In this document: piece by piece, positions 1 through 13,562 of the stretch
Layout: each line of letters opens with the position of its first letter
Numbering within the stretch: the first letter of the stretch is position 1
Assembly: GCA_030704615.1 (NCBI GenBank)
Contig: CM060731.1
Location: 82,708,001 to 82,772,000, forward strand
Direction of reading: 5' to 3'
Length of the DNA stretch: 64,000 nucleotides
DNA from: Takakia lepidozioides
Lineage: Eukaryota; Plantae; Bryophyta
Made by a program: the position numbers and the translations under genes
The notes under the pieces: generated by a model
The model's database searches: none
What the model was told of the DNA's origin: nothing
Seen by the model: only the letters and a program-made list of their open reading frames with translations

Positions 1-220
1 TGTATCTGCTTCTTGCTGCAGAGTAGGAGTCATAGAGTTAACCTTTGCTCCCTTCGCGTTAAGTTAGTGCTGTCCGAGACGTCCATCTGCACAGGCCTTG
101 CCATCTGTTCCTGCAACCTATCTAAATCGGAAGACAAGCTCGGTAGGAGCTGATATAATAGTACCTTTACACCAGATTGGTGAGAGACAATGTGTTCTAA
201 GCTAGTGTGGTGGGGTTGCA

Positions 221-309
221 GGAATTCCCGACCTGGCTATCTGGCCCTTGCTTCTTGGAGCTCTCTACTAATTGGAGGTGCATTTCTGGTGTACAATACC
301 AGTGCACTG
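221..309 (+). pseudogene. PSBR: Frameshifted fragment of the last exon of photosystem II 10 kDa protein PsbR
   Basis: After a ttgcag acceptor the sequence reads GIPDLAIWPLLLGAL / (frameshift) LIGGAFLVYNTSAL, matching the PsbR C-terminal helix (..AIWAVTLAG.LAGGALLVYNTSAL) as I recall it. Confidence 0.6.
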
Positions 310-1053
310 AGACATTGCTGATCTCTGTCTCAATATTTTAGTTCCTTTGTGCAGTGTAGCTTTGAAGTTTGAACGTTTGAACGGGCACGCAATTGAAAAG
401 AACACGGTGAGGTCTTTAATTGTAATGAAAGAAGTCTGGTATGATCACTGGTGCAATTCTTGCAGCTGTTTTTGCTTGGAACTATCATGGAGGAGGCACT
501 TCTAGATTTCGATGTTTTCGCTGATCTCGATTGTAGTAACACCTCGGTGAAACATGGAGGTGCAGGCCAACCCATAGTGACACTGGACAAAAGCACTTAC
601 CACCGCAACTATCTATGGTGGTGGTTATGTATGTAAAGAGGATGCAGAAAAGACTGGAGACTCTTCTGTTCTCAGAGTCGACAAAAGTAGACCAAACTGT
701 CGTTCAGGGTGGAGACATGAAGATGTTCGTCGGGCAGCGTACACACTTTGTAGATCGAGAGTAGGTCGATTGTTGATCCACTTGTTCCTGGGAAGTAACA
801 TCTAGTGCAGTGGGCACTATGAAAGTTCATATTGAGAGATTCCTGGGAAAATCCCTGGTGCCTTTGTTTTCATCTTTGACAGCTCTTCTTTACCTTGGAA
901 GTGGCTAACTCATTCTGTCTTTGCATACCTCTCAACCGTGAGTTCAGAGTTAGGTGTCTGCCCAGAAAACCATTCCTCGAATGACCAAGCAACCTTGAAT
1001 ACAAAACACCTTCCCGGACTTCCTGCAGGCCAAACCAACCAGTGCCACAATTA

Positions 1054-1633
<580 letters not shown>

Positions 1634-1889
1634 AGCTCCTTGGGCAGAATAACCCGAGGTATGGCCAGAGAGATTCCTACGGAGAGAGGGGAGAAGAAAG
1701 CAAGAGGGCACCTTGACCCAAGCTTGACGCCCCTAACCTCACCGCTCTGCCATTTTGCAGCTTCTTGATTGCCTTACTGACATTGGCTGTAGTAAAGAGA
1801 GAGAAGTGAAGAGGTTTAGAGGTTATAGGAGAAGGAGTTTGGGTTGGGGAATGGTACAAAGACTGTGCATACTCATGCCAGACATGAAT

Positions 1890-2620
1890 GTCAGTGATTA
1901 GGGGGGATCTCTATGAGGTTTAAGGAGGGACCAAGAAGATCGAGGAGAAAATCTGATTTTAGCAAGGAAAGAAGATTGCAACTTGATAGCGTAGGCTTGC
2001 TTTTTGGATCTAATGAGGGACTTATAGTGCTTAAGAGCAAGATTAGTGGACTCTGGAGAAGAATTGGTATCAAGTAGTAAAAATTTGATGCGACGTCTAG
2101 CAGTCTTGCATTCCTCATCATAAAATGGTGCGTAACTACGAGTGGAGAAGGGTGAGGAGGTAGATGGAAGGGTGACGGGAAAGGATTGCAGGGCTGAGTC
2201 CCAAAGGGCTTGAGTAAGATGTGTAGCCTTGTCGTTAGGAGATGACAGATGTAGAATGGAAGGGAGGGTTGACGCTAGGTATGTTTCATACTCGGCGTCG
2301 TGTAAGTGAGAGAAAGGGGTATTAAAGTGGATACGTGGGTGTAAGGGAAGAGACGTATAGGGATCCTCACGGGGAGGGAGATGGAAGGAAATGCAAAGGA
2401 AAGGCAAGAGTGATCAGAATCTGGGTACCTCGTGATGTAAAAGGAGCTTATTCTATCATGCTTGTTGGGGCTCCTCAAGAGATAGTCAACCACGCTTTGG
2501 CCCTTGTACGTGTGGCAAGTGAACTGGCTGGAGGATTTGAAAGAAATGAACAATGTGCAGCATTTGATTGCTGGGGCGTTTTGAGGGAATGGGTAGACCA
2601 AACATGTGTGCCACATATTG
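1890..2620 (-). mobile_element. Degenerate non-LTR retrotransposon (LINE) ORF2 fragment: end of the APE endonuclease plus linker
   Basis: FTCHTYKGQSVVDYLL...SDH endonuclease motif, followed by APFYDEECKTARR and YKSLIRSKKQAY, typical of the LINE EN-RT linker; frameshifted. Confidence 0.7.
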
Positions 2621-2683
2621 TCTGCTTTCAGATAAGAACTCTGTTACCAGCCCTGCTTGCTATTCTGAAAGCAGATCATCTGC

Positions 2684-5018
2684 TTGGCGGTATCCCCAGG
2701 CACTATCGGTAACCAGACATCAATTGGGGGCAACCGGCGGATAGCAAGAGAAACGTTTTCCGCACCACTTGTCAACCTGAACACGCTGCTGGGAGCCTCA
2801 GGGCCGACCCTCAACGACAGACCTTCCATAGCCCGCGATAAACTAGTGTATGTCTCTACCGAGGAAGCACTTGAGCGATCCCGCCAAAGTTGGACCGCAG
2901 TATACTCCACCAATCTCCAGACGGGGGCCACCAGGCGGCTCACCCCACATGGGGTGACTGACTACAGCCCATCCGTTTCTCCCTCAGGTAATCTGAGCGT
3001 CTTGCAAGATTTCAATTGAATTTGTGCACACGGTTTTCTCCCACGTGAGGCCGGTTGCTTTTCTAGCTAGGTAGATTGGATTAGACTTGGATGCTCATAA
3101 GCTTTCACTTGTTTTCCAAACAGGCTGAAAGAAAAGTGGGAATCCCTGCAGGTGAATGGGTGATAGTGGCTTCCAATCAAGGAAGGGGCTGGAATGGAGA
3201 GAAGCAATACTTAGGCACAGACCTTTATGTGCTCAGTGCCGTCAATGGCTGGCATCGCGCTTGGTCGTGAGGAACGGAGGTTGGCCTTCTTGGGCAAATG
3301 ATGACACCTTCTTCCACCGGCAGGCTGAAGATGGGTGGTGGAGCATCTACAAGGGCACTCTCTCCAACAGTCCTGGTACACGTTTGGAATCATCCCAACT
3401 CCACCTGGTTTTTCGTTTCAAAACCCTAAACTTAGCCTGCAGCTACTCCTTTCAGATGGAATCAAAAGGATAACCATATAACAAAGGACAAGAAAAGCCT
3501 GAGGATGGGAACCTGATAGCAGACAGCATTTTGGTTTTGGATTGTGCCTACTCTTGGCCAGTTATGATTCATCAATTTTATGGTTGACATTCTATTTGCA
3601 AGGTCCTCTGGAAGCTGAACGGGTGACGCCGCCAGGTTTGCATGCCTTCACTCCAGCAGCTTCATGGACAGGCAAGTGGATTGCTGTTGCCACTCGGAGC
3701 CCTGGATCTACACATCGTCATGTTGAGATTTTTGACTTGAGAACGAAGGAATTTCTCAAGTTGACTGAGCTGATCAAGCCCGACATGCATCATTATAACC
3801 CCTTTGCTCTTCAGATTCGGGAACTGTTGGGTACCACAGATGCAGAGGAGGCAAGTTCGAGGAATTTTCTACCTCCTCAGTGACTCCCCACCTTGAGCAC
3901 GTGAAGTCCCCACTAGCAGGAATATCACTTGTTCAGGTGGAGGGTGCTTTTCCATCGTTCTCACCTGATGGGTCGTCGATTGCCTACATTCCAAGTGTTC
4001 ATAGCAGTACAGGGGGTGTCTTTGTGGTAAACCTGGATGGAACAAGAAAACAGAAAATATTTGCAGGGGCAGTCTTTGGGACTACATGGGATCGGAAAAG
4101 GAAGGATGTAGTGTATGCAGCATATGGACGTACTTTTGCGTCAGAGCAAAGTACTGTGCATATAGTTGCTATTTATAATGCAGATGTTGCGGATTTGGGG
4201 GCTGATGAAGAGAGTTCCTCATGGAAAATGCTAACCAAGGAGGGTACAGGAAACAATGCGTTTCCATCGCCCTCACCTGATGGCAGCTATGTAGTCTTCC
4301 GTTCAGGCCGATCTGGGTACAAAAATCTTTACATCATGGATGCTGCCAATGGGGAAGAGAAATACCTTCAGCAGCTTACAGAAGGAGCCTGGGATGATAT
4401 CATGCCGAATTGGTCGTCTGACAACCAGTGGATTGCTTTTGCTTCTGGAGACAATCCAGGTGTCGACCTTCTACCCTTTTCAGGAGTACAATAATAGAGG
4501 ACGATAAGAGGAAGCTGTAGAAAAGTATTTGAAGTTTGATTTGCACTTGTATGCTTTTTCGACAATTCTGACAAAGGCAATGGAGTGCAGGTGGAGGAAG
4601 TTTTTCTCTATACTTTGTCCATCCAAATGGAACAGGGCTACACAAGGTCCTCAACAGTAGCCAAGGGGGGCGTGTCAACCATCCTTTCTTCAGCCCTGAC
4701 TCCAAGAGCCTTGTCTTCACATCAGACCTTGCAGGAGTGTCAGCTGAACCCATTTCAGTCCCTAACCAGTTTCAACCATATGGTGAGATTTTTGTGGCTC
4801 AGATTGATGGGTCTGGTGTCCAAAGGCTGACTCACAATGCTTATGAAGATGGGACTCCCTCATGGGGTCGTACCTTCATAGCCAGCACAGAACTAACCAG
4901 AGAAGGAGAGGAGGTTGAGTGCGAATTTGATGACGTGAAGTGGCTTGAGACTCTGAATGAGAAAGTAATCCAGAACAAGTGGTCTCAACTGAATATTACT
5001 CAAATCCAGCTATGCTAA
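2684..5018 (+). pseudogene. Plant TolB-like / PD40 beta-propeller protein gene, 5'-incomplete with several frameshifts
   Basis: Exons about 2684-2987, 3152-3376, 3603-4459 and 4591-5018 encode RRLTPHGVTDYSPSVSPSG, GGWPSW, HYNPF, NNAFPSPSPDG..VFRSGRSGYKNLYIMD, SAEPISVPNQFQPYGEIF and RLTHNAYEDGTPSW; frameshifts near 3250 and 3805. Confidence 0.85.
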
Positions 5019-7598
5019 AGTAATTTGTTCTGTAACTTATTATTAGTGTATCGGCTTAGCATGTAGACTAAGCCCACGAGTGTGCCAGATGAAGAGAAAT
5101 GACTGGCTGCTGAGTTGTTTAGTTAGCACTTTGGCTTCTGCCAGCTGACACAACGAATTGGACCGGAGAAGGAAAGAGGCTTCTGGACAAGTTGAACTCC
5201 TCTGACGAGGTGGAGAAATGATAGGTTGTTCTGGGTTTCATGGAAGGGGAGTATACAGTCTTCCCATGCTCGGATTAGTAATAATTATGTACTATCATAA
5301 GAACCTGGCTGGAAATTTCCTTTGTAAATATGAGTACCTTCATGTCCAGAGAATTCGATTCTACAGATTCCATGTTTTTTCTCAGGAATATGATGGATTA
5401 TCACATCCAGCTTCTGGCCCGGGCATTGGTAGAATGTTCCTTATTCAGCCACGTTTTGAAGAGGGGTAAAGTTCCTGCTGGGGCTCATTCTCAAATCTGG
5501 GACAACACTTAGGCAGGAACTTTACCTCTTATCAATGGTGCCAACAGATGAGGAGTTCCACTGCTGTCCTAGCAGATACTTTGCAACACCTCCTGCCCAT
5601 CAGGCTATTGACAACAGTGAGTATAGAGGTTGATCTGGTCTTGATTGACGACATTCAAGAGATTCCCACCCTTCTGTTTGAGTGCTACGGTAGTCTGTAA
5701 GTCCTCAAGGGCATGTGTCTCCTCTTGTATTGTTTGTCTTTGCCATTCGTTAAAACCTCTGCCTTGCTGAATTGCTTCGAAGTTGCTTCCTTCTCTGATT
5801 GCATGGGAGCCGAGGCAGAAAATCTAACTGATGGTACATTCTGACTGTCCAACTGCACGGGAGAACGTTAACACCAACAGCAGAAGTATGTGCAAACATT
5901 GTGCGATATATAGCGGGCTCCTGTTTACAATTTGCCAAGCAACCCTCACTTCTATCAACAACCGTCAATAGTTGAAGGCCCACAATGTCGCTCCAGCTCT
6001 ACTTCCGCATCCCACAAATGCCCCACAACCCCTTGCATGTTGCACTGTCTTCAATTGTTCCTTTACTCGGAAAGTTCTCTGGAGTCCCAACGTCCAAACC
6101 ATCAAAGGCCCACTCGACACGGAGTTTCTGAAGGAAGTGTGGTGGAGAGAGAGAGAGAGAGAAGAAGGGGGATACCAAGTTTCAAATGAGCGTTTAATAC
6201 CGGTATATTAAGTCTGGCTCTTGACCTGGAGAAACGGAGTCGGAAGGTGCAGACTGGTGTGCACGTGTGCACAAGACCACCCTCATAATCAATGTTCATG
6301 TTCATACGTGTGAAAATCAGGGCTTCTTAGTACGCGGGATGTTTTGTCGTCGTCGCTCATCCCACAGTCTCTCTCTCGTCTCTTCTGCTTCAAACTTCTC
6401 CCAGATATCTGAGACTGAATTACGTGTAGGGGGGCCGCATAGTGCATCTCGTCTCTTTCTTTTTCTATTTCTTATTATCTTGAACTCCTCTCGTCCAGAG
6501 TGAGGGGGAAATTGGGACCTTGTGAGGTGGCCTGTTGATGATAGGGCGTCAAGACCCCTTCTGCCCTGCTCTCTTTCATGGCATCTGTTAGCTGCTCTAC
6601 TACCTTTCTCTACACCATTTCAGTCAATGAGGAAAAAGCCTTGTAAGCTCATGCTCACCATGCTCACGAGACTGCTCCAACCGGGCTTTGAAACGTTAGC
6701 CTTGCATAAGTCTTTTAGGTTAGGGGATCGTCCGACACAGCTGCATTCAGTTCGCACGTCTTCAGCTTTGAATTGTTGATTTGTAGTTGAATTGTAGAGC
6801 TTGATTTGGCTCCCTTGCCGGCCAAACCTGACTTTCCGGCTCTGTCGTATGCTAAACTTTTGTTCCTACATTACTTACATTTTAATTGAATAAGCTGCGG
6901 GATGACTGAAACCAGGTACAATGTTCCTCAAAATAGAGATACTGCCGTTTGGATTTGGTGGAGGATGCTATTCAACTTGGTAAGCAGACCATGACGGATC
7001 GAAGACATTGTTGTGGCTCATCAGGGTAGTCTCGGTTGCGCAAAAGAAGAAGACAAGTATGATGTTTGGATTCTTCATACGCCCAGAAATTCAAGGTAGA
7101 TAAACTAGGATATGCAGGTCAGATGGTAAGTCTCCTGTTATAATTCAGGAGAAATTGGAGTGGAAGACACACGTCATCAGCCAGGAAAAGAGACTGGGGA
7201 AATGTCAGCTAGGTTTGCAGCTTGAAGCTCCCAAAGCTGTATCATCTCGGATATTCCTGATGATGGGTAAGAAGAAGATCTCTCCAGGACGAGGCTCAAT
7301 GGAGGGCGCCGGGGTAGCGTTAAAGCTGCTAATATGATAATTGACCGAAGCGGGAAGTGGAAGTCCTTTAGCAGCGTAATATCGGTGACAAGGCAAAGGA
7401 GCTTTGTTTCTGCTGTAGAAGTAGATGCAGACAGAAGGAAAATTCGGTCATCTCTGTTGCAATTGGTTAAGGGCAGGTCTGCGAACCAGGGGTGAGCTAA
7501 TCACAGTGAGCTTCTGCAGGCGGTGGCCTGTTTAATCTGAATGTGTTGAGGGCGAAAATTTAGGCCACCTGTAGTGCACTGCCAGTTCTCTCAGAGAG

Positions 7599-10500
7599 AT
7601 GTCAAGGGTAGGAGAGGCACAGAAGGGGCCATGGTGGCTTGCAGCCTTTGTGCTAGCTATACTGGTGATCAAATTGTCTATGGGGAGGGCCTTCAGGGTG
7701 GAAGCTTCATGTGTGCCGGTTGATGGATGCACAAATGCCGTAGCCTATTATACAGTCCAGAAGACGGACACTTTGGAAATTATAGCCAGTCGATTTCAGA
7801 CAACTTCAGACAAGTTAGTCAGCTTCAACAGTAATATAAAGAATATAAATGTCATTTTGGATGGCCAGCCAATGTATGTTCCCTTTCCCTGCCAGTGTCT
7901 CAGTGACCATCTGGGCTTTCAATTTCTCTATCAGGTATACTTCTTACTGTTTGCAGGACTGGCATGTGTAATCATGCTTTTCATTCAAAGGGCTGACATT
8001 GCTTTGAGAGGACTTTGTGCACAGGACTGCTTGAGCCCATCCGTGTTTCCTCATATGTAGCCAATTGCTGAGCACTTGTTATACTTACAATCTTCAATGT
8101 ATTCCATAGATTGGTTTCAAGAGTCCCTGTTCATTTCAATCAGTATGCATCTTATAGAAGAAGCAGAAAAAGGTAGCTACTGCACCTCTGAATCGATCTG
8201 AGAGCCTATCTTTTTACGACTCTGACGACTACAATGTCTAGATTGTGTAGATTAGGCCTTGACAATGGGTAGTAGGAAGTACTAATATTCACTTTCAATC
8301 ACCAGATTCATGTGTTAGCCCACAAGCACGTAGTTTGGCACCTGGGAGTGATGTTTCCCCAATGTTCCTAGAAAATTGCTTTCGCGAATTATATTCTAGC
8401 AAAGATTATAAACACTAAAGTGTTAACAGTCATTTCTGGTGCTACTGTTCGAGCCTGTGATCAGGCTGTCCCCATTTACATCAGTTGTTCTTGGAATCAT
8501 GGTTTGCAGGTTCAATCTGGTGACACGGTGCAGCTAGTAGCGACCCAATATTATGAAGGTCTCACTAAGATAGACTGGATTAAGGCAGCCAGTTCCTTGT
8601 CGGATGTGGACACGATCTATGCTGGACTCTACTTGCATGTCCCTGTCAACTGCTCGTGTGGGGATCCGAGTGTCAGCAGGCAGTATGGGCTTTTTGCCAC
8701 ATATGTAGTGCAGAATGGTGACGACTATACAAGTGTTGCTTCAAACTTCAACATAAGTGCCGACCTTGTGAAGAAGTACAATCCAGGTGTCACTTGGAAT
8801 GCACAGGAGATTCTCTTTGTACCAGTGAAAGGTGAAAATTTTGATATCTCAACCTGTCAGTACCCAGCATTTCAGAAATTTGTATGATGATGACTGGAGT
8901 GGGAATTTGCAAGTTCGTAGTCGTTGTCATGAACAGTCCAACTAATCGTGCCATCAGATGTCGTCTACCTTGATACATAAGGTGGACGGTTGTCTGGAAG
9001 CTTTATTGCATTATTTGCCTAGTAAATAATCATAGGTGCTGTGAAATTGGCCTTTAAACACCATGCTTCGAAATTGTCAGGGTCACTTGTTGAGCCTTCA
9101 ATTGGGCCCAAGAACGGGGCCCAAGGGTAAACTGGCATGTGTCTGTGGCACTCCTATTGATCTGGAGTACTTAGCCTTTACCACCTTAGTCTGTATCTTC
9201 TCTGAAGCCATTACAGTGTGACAAAAGGGAGGAAACATGGCCCTACCAAAGCTAGCATGGGTCAAGGAAGAACCTTTATATGTACTGCTTGTGGTGGTCT
9301 CTGTCTTGATCTTCGAAAACTGGCTGAAATGTGAGCGTGTTTGGATGGATTTGGAAGGTTATTTCTATGTATAGCCTGCTGTTTGATATAGTTTGAAAGT
9401 TTGTCCACTGGGGCAGCTTGTGTCTGCTATGTAGGGCGATCATTATAGAGAAGTACGCTCTGTCCGTTATCATATATTCAACTAATGCTTGTCTAATTGA
9501 GATACTTTGACGTCTATGCTGTAAAAGAAAGTGACATACTTTTAGTGCTGGTCTGGTATGGCTGTGTGTGCAGATAGAAGTGGCAACTATTATTCCTTTG
9601 GAAGGTAATTCTACATCTATAGCTGTTCTGTGCTTCTGGATGTGTTTGGTTCTATCTTCATTTATGTCTCCACCTAGTGATGTTTGGGTACCTGAGCTAT
9701 GATGGTACATGATCATTTGGGGCTGTCTAGAGCACCTGCTGCATGGGAAGGTATTTATCACTGACGATTAATGCTCGGACAGTTGGTATGGGGGTGACAA
9801 CGTGTGGAACATTAGAGATCAGATTTTTAATGATGGTCTTATTTCTGTGTTGTGGGAGGGAGACTTCTTATGACCAGCTACAAATCTTACCCTGCAAGAT
9901 GAGGATAGCAATTTCGTTGTAGGCCGTCACTTAAATGGTTAGCCAGTGTGTAGGGCCCCGAACCAATCATGTCTCACTCAAAAATGTGCTCTTTGAAATA
10001 TCCAGGCTGTCCAAGCCAGTGGGTCAAATGTGTCTACTCATTTGTTTTCGGCTGGTGAAAACTTCCTTTATTGACTTGCGCTTTTTTTGTGTTGTTGTCT
10101 ATATGCAGCTCAAATGGTCAGCACTCTCCAGATTCTATCTCATTCTCGTGTGCAAGCTTGATCATAGCGCCTGGCTTTTGCAGTTTCACTTACCACTCAA
10201 GTTCCCCCTTCCTCTTGTCTATTTTTGCAGTTTTGTTCTACTGTGAGCTTGTGTATGGTCATGGGAAAGCACATCACCTCAAGTTGGAAGTGTCTTAGGC
10301 CCTCTCCGCTTGTGCTCTGCATCTACTTCTAAGGCAGTAGGATACTTTTGGGACCACCTATGGGTGAATTAGCTTCATTCCTGCTTTGCAATACACATCT
10401 GACAAGGTTGTGTGCACTTGGATCTTCAGACACTTCTTCCAGAATGGTTGGCAATGGTGTCATTGTGGGTGCCACACTTGGAGGCGCAGTTGCACTGTTT

Positions 10501-13500
10501 GCTGTCATTACATTTGTCCTCTTTTGTTGCTGCGTCTACATCCCGAGGAAAGCTCATGAGAAAAAGCTCAAGCAACTGGACTTAGAGGGTATTGATGTTT
10601 GGAACTATTCCCATTTGTTATATTGCTAGTGCACAAAAGCAACATACCTTTCCAGACAACATGATCCTGTTGTTTTTGGTATAGATTGTACTCATAAGAC
10701 GTTGTTTGCCGTAGCCTTGTGGCCATTGACCCCGCGCCCAGTTTGAGCGGAAACAAAAGGGACAGAACCTACCTCTGTCAGGGGCTGACGTTGGTAGTAA
10801 GACTTACCTTCATATATAGAATTAATCCGGGTTTTCCAGATATCCTCTAGAAATCCCTTCACACAAGCATCAATCTGCTGTGTGTGATTTGCCCAATAAC
10901 TAGGCTCAGGAGGGCCTGGGCTTTTGGCTCAGCCTCGAGACTTTCAAAGTTGGTAAACAGAGGTATAGGCACAATTCCCTTGATAGATTTGAAGAGAGCG
11001 TCTCTTTGGTGAGAGAACCCCGGACAGTGTATCAGAAAATGAGTACTGTCTTCAGATTGCCCACACAATGGGCAATTGCACTCTCCCTTTCCTCTCTGCT
11101 TCTCTTTGCTGTTCAAAGGTAGGCTTCCTGCCATGAGTTTAAATTTCAGTCTAGTGCCGAGAGTGGGTAGACCCTTGAGGTCATCCAAGATGTCCTCCCC
11201 CATGTCACTGACTGGAAAGAAGTTCAGGGAAGTTTTCTGCCTAACTTCATTTTCATCAGACAATCTCATGGCAACAGACATGGCTTTGGACACTACAGCC
11301 TCTAAGTCAGATTTATCCAGCAGGGTCAAGACTTGCGGTTCCAGGTCCAGGTCCTTGAGAATCTCTTCTACTCTCTTCTGCCAGGACTTGACAGGGCGGT
11401 CCTGTTTCCAAGATATAGAGTCGATTAACTTAGGATATCTGGTGTTGGACATATGTTGCAGCTGACCCCACCATCTGACCTTGATATCATCTTGTATGCT
11501 CACACCAAAAGCTGTGTCACTGTTAACGGACAGAAGTCCAACTTCTTTGACATAGACCAAGGTGTAGCTCAAGGATGTACTCTCTCCCCCTCTGCTCTTC
11601 AATGTTTTCATCAATCAACTCCTCGAGGATGTGGAAAGTGAGGGATTTGGGTTAAGGGTGGGTGATACCACCATACCAGCCCTTATGTTTGCGGATGACT
11701 TCGCAGGCATAGGGGAGACTCCAACCAATCTCCAGGAGTTGATTGATTGCGCGAAGAGATACTTTGATCTTTGGGGGCTAGAGGCTAATGTCAGCAAATG
11801 TGCAGTGGTAGCATTCAACGACAGAGGAGAGGGAGGAAGTGATCTTAAGTGGCAGTGGGGTAGCCAAGAGATCCCGGTCCTCCCTTCCTACACTTACCTG
11901 GCCGTTGAGTTTTCCTCCAATTGTAATTGGGATGCACATATCCGGAAAGTTGTTCAAACTGGCAAGGGCAAAGCTCTGGGGCTCACTAAATTTTTCCACT
12001 GCAGAGGGGTCAACTCTGAGGTTAAGAAAACCATGCTTTGTCGCGTTATTAGACCTGCCTTGGAGTACGGATCTGCAATATGGGTTGATAACTCCAACCA
12101 AGCTAAGTCTCTAGAATCCATTCAAGTGGGGGTGCTTAAGGAGTGTATGTCGGCATGCTCCAAAACAGCCAATGTGGCTGTTCGGGGTGAGTTTGGCATT
12201 CTGTCCTGAAGCTCCCGACGAGATGTTTTTGGTATAGAAAGACAAGCAGAGGCTCTTTTGTGGATGTATATTTGGAGAAAACCTAAACGCTCCTTGCAGC
12301 TCCCCCCCTCTCCCCAGACGTAAGAGTGTTTTTGGCTTTCTTTCTCCCTTTGGGCCTCTCTGTTTAGCCTTCTTCTCACACTACACCAAAATCCCCCCTC
12401 TCCCCTTTTCCCCTTTTTCCACTGTTATCTTCTGTTTTAAAACAATCAACAGAGGTTATCTCACCTCTGTACCTGGTTGTTGGAGCTGATGGCAGCATTA
12501 GATTGCAAAACCTCGTTCTTTTGTTTTTCAGTCAAACCAAGTGGCATCAGGAGACTGAGAGTAATTGGGTTGTTTTATGATGCCTAGCCTGGTCAGGACG
12601 GTCCACGAAACCAAACTCAAGTACGGGGGGAAGTTTGACAACAAGCATGTTGTCAGATTTTACAGTGGATAAGTCAGTTGAGTTCTCGTATGCGGAGCTG
12701 GCTGCAGCCACTGATAATTTCAATGTGGCTAAGAAGATTGGTCAGGGTGGCTTCGGAGCTGTCTATTATGGCGTGATTCGTGACCAGGTGCTCTCTCTCT
12801 CTCTCAAGTACCATGTCATTTCATTTTTCTCTGGGTTCTCAGTAGTGCTGTGTTGCTCTACGTTTCTTCTTTTGTTCTCTCTCTTCTCTCTTTGTTCCAC
12901 CCAAACGTGGCACAGGGTCTACGGCCACAAGGCATGGCAAACAACGTCTCATGAGACAATCTCTTCCTCTTCTGGGGCCACAAGGCTACCGCAAAACACA
13001 TCTTATGAGTACATTCTCTTCTCTTGCGTCCTGCATAGATTATTAGCTTTATCTTTTCTCTCTCTCCAACCCCCCTCCCCACCCCCCCAATATATTGTGG
13101 GCCACCTGTAGGTGTAATAATCTTTCTTCCCCTGTCTCTCCAACCTTCTAGAGTACACATTGGAGGAGATAGAAAGCCCAGTACAATTTTACATTTTCCC
13201 TCTCTCTTTCATGAAGGAGAGACCCTTATGGGCCTTCGTGTCGGTCATTAGGCTGAAGTTCAAACTAAGTGTAGTGACTTTGCAGTAAGGTAATCCAGCC
13301 ATGTCAAAGGAAAACTGGGCTCCCAAAACTAGCCACATTTGAATAGCATAATAACTGATGGAGTGAAACTGAAAATATCTAGAAATGACCCAGCTTTGGA
13401 TGGCGTGCAGAAGTTGGCAATTAAGAGGATGAATCTACAGGCAACCAAGGAGTTTATGGCTGAGCTCCAAGTTCTCACCCATGTACATCACACAAACCTG

Positions 13501-13531
13501 GTATGTCTCATATGGGTGTTATTAAAAAAAC

Positions 13532-13562
<31 letters not shown>

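Noticed and set aside
451-636. Possible first exon of the TolB-like gene (FDVF motif)
   Set aside because: Only a four-residue resemblance; the surrounding sequence does not fit.
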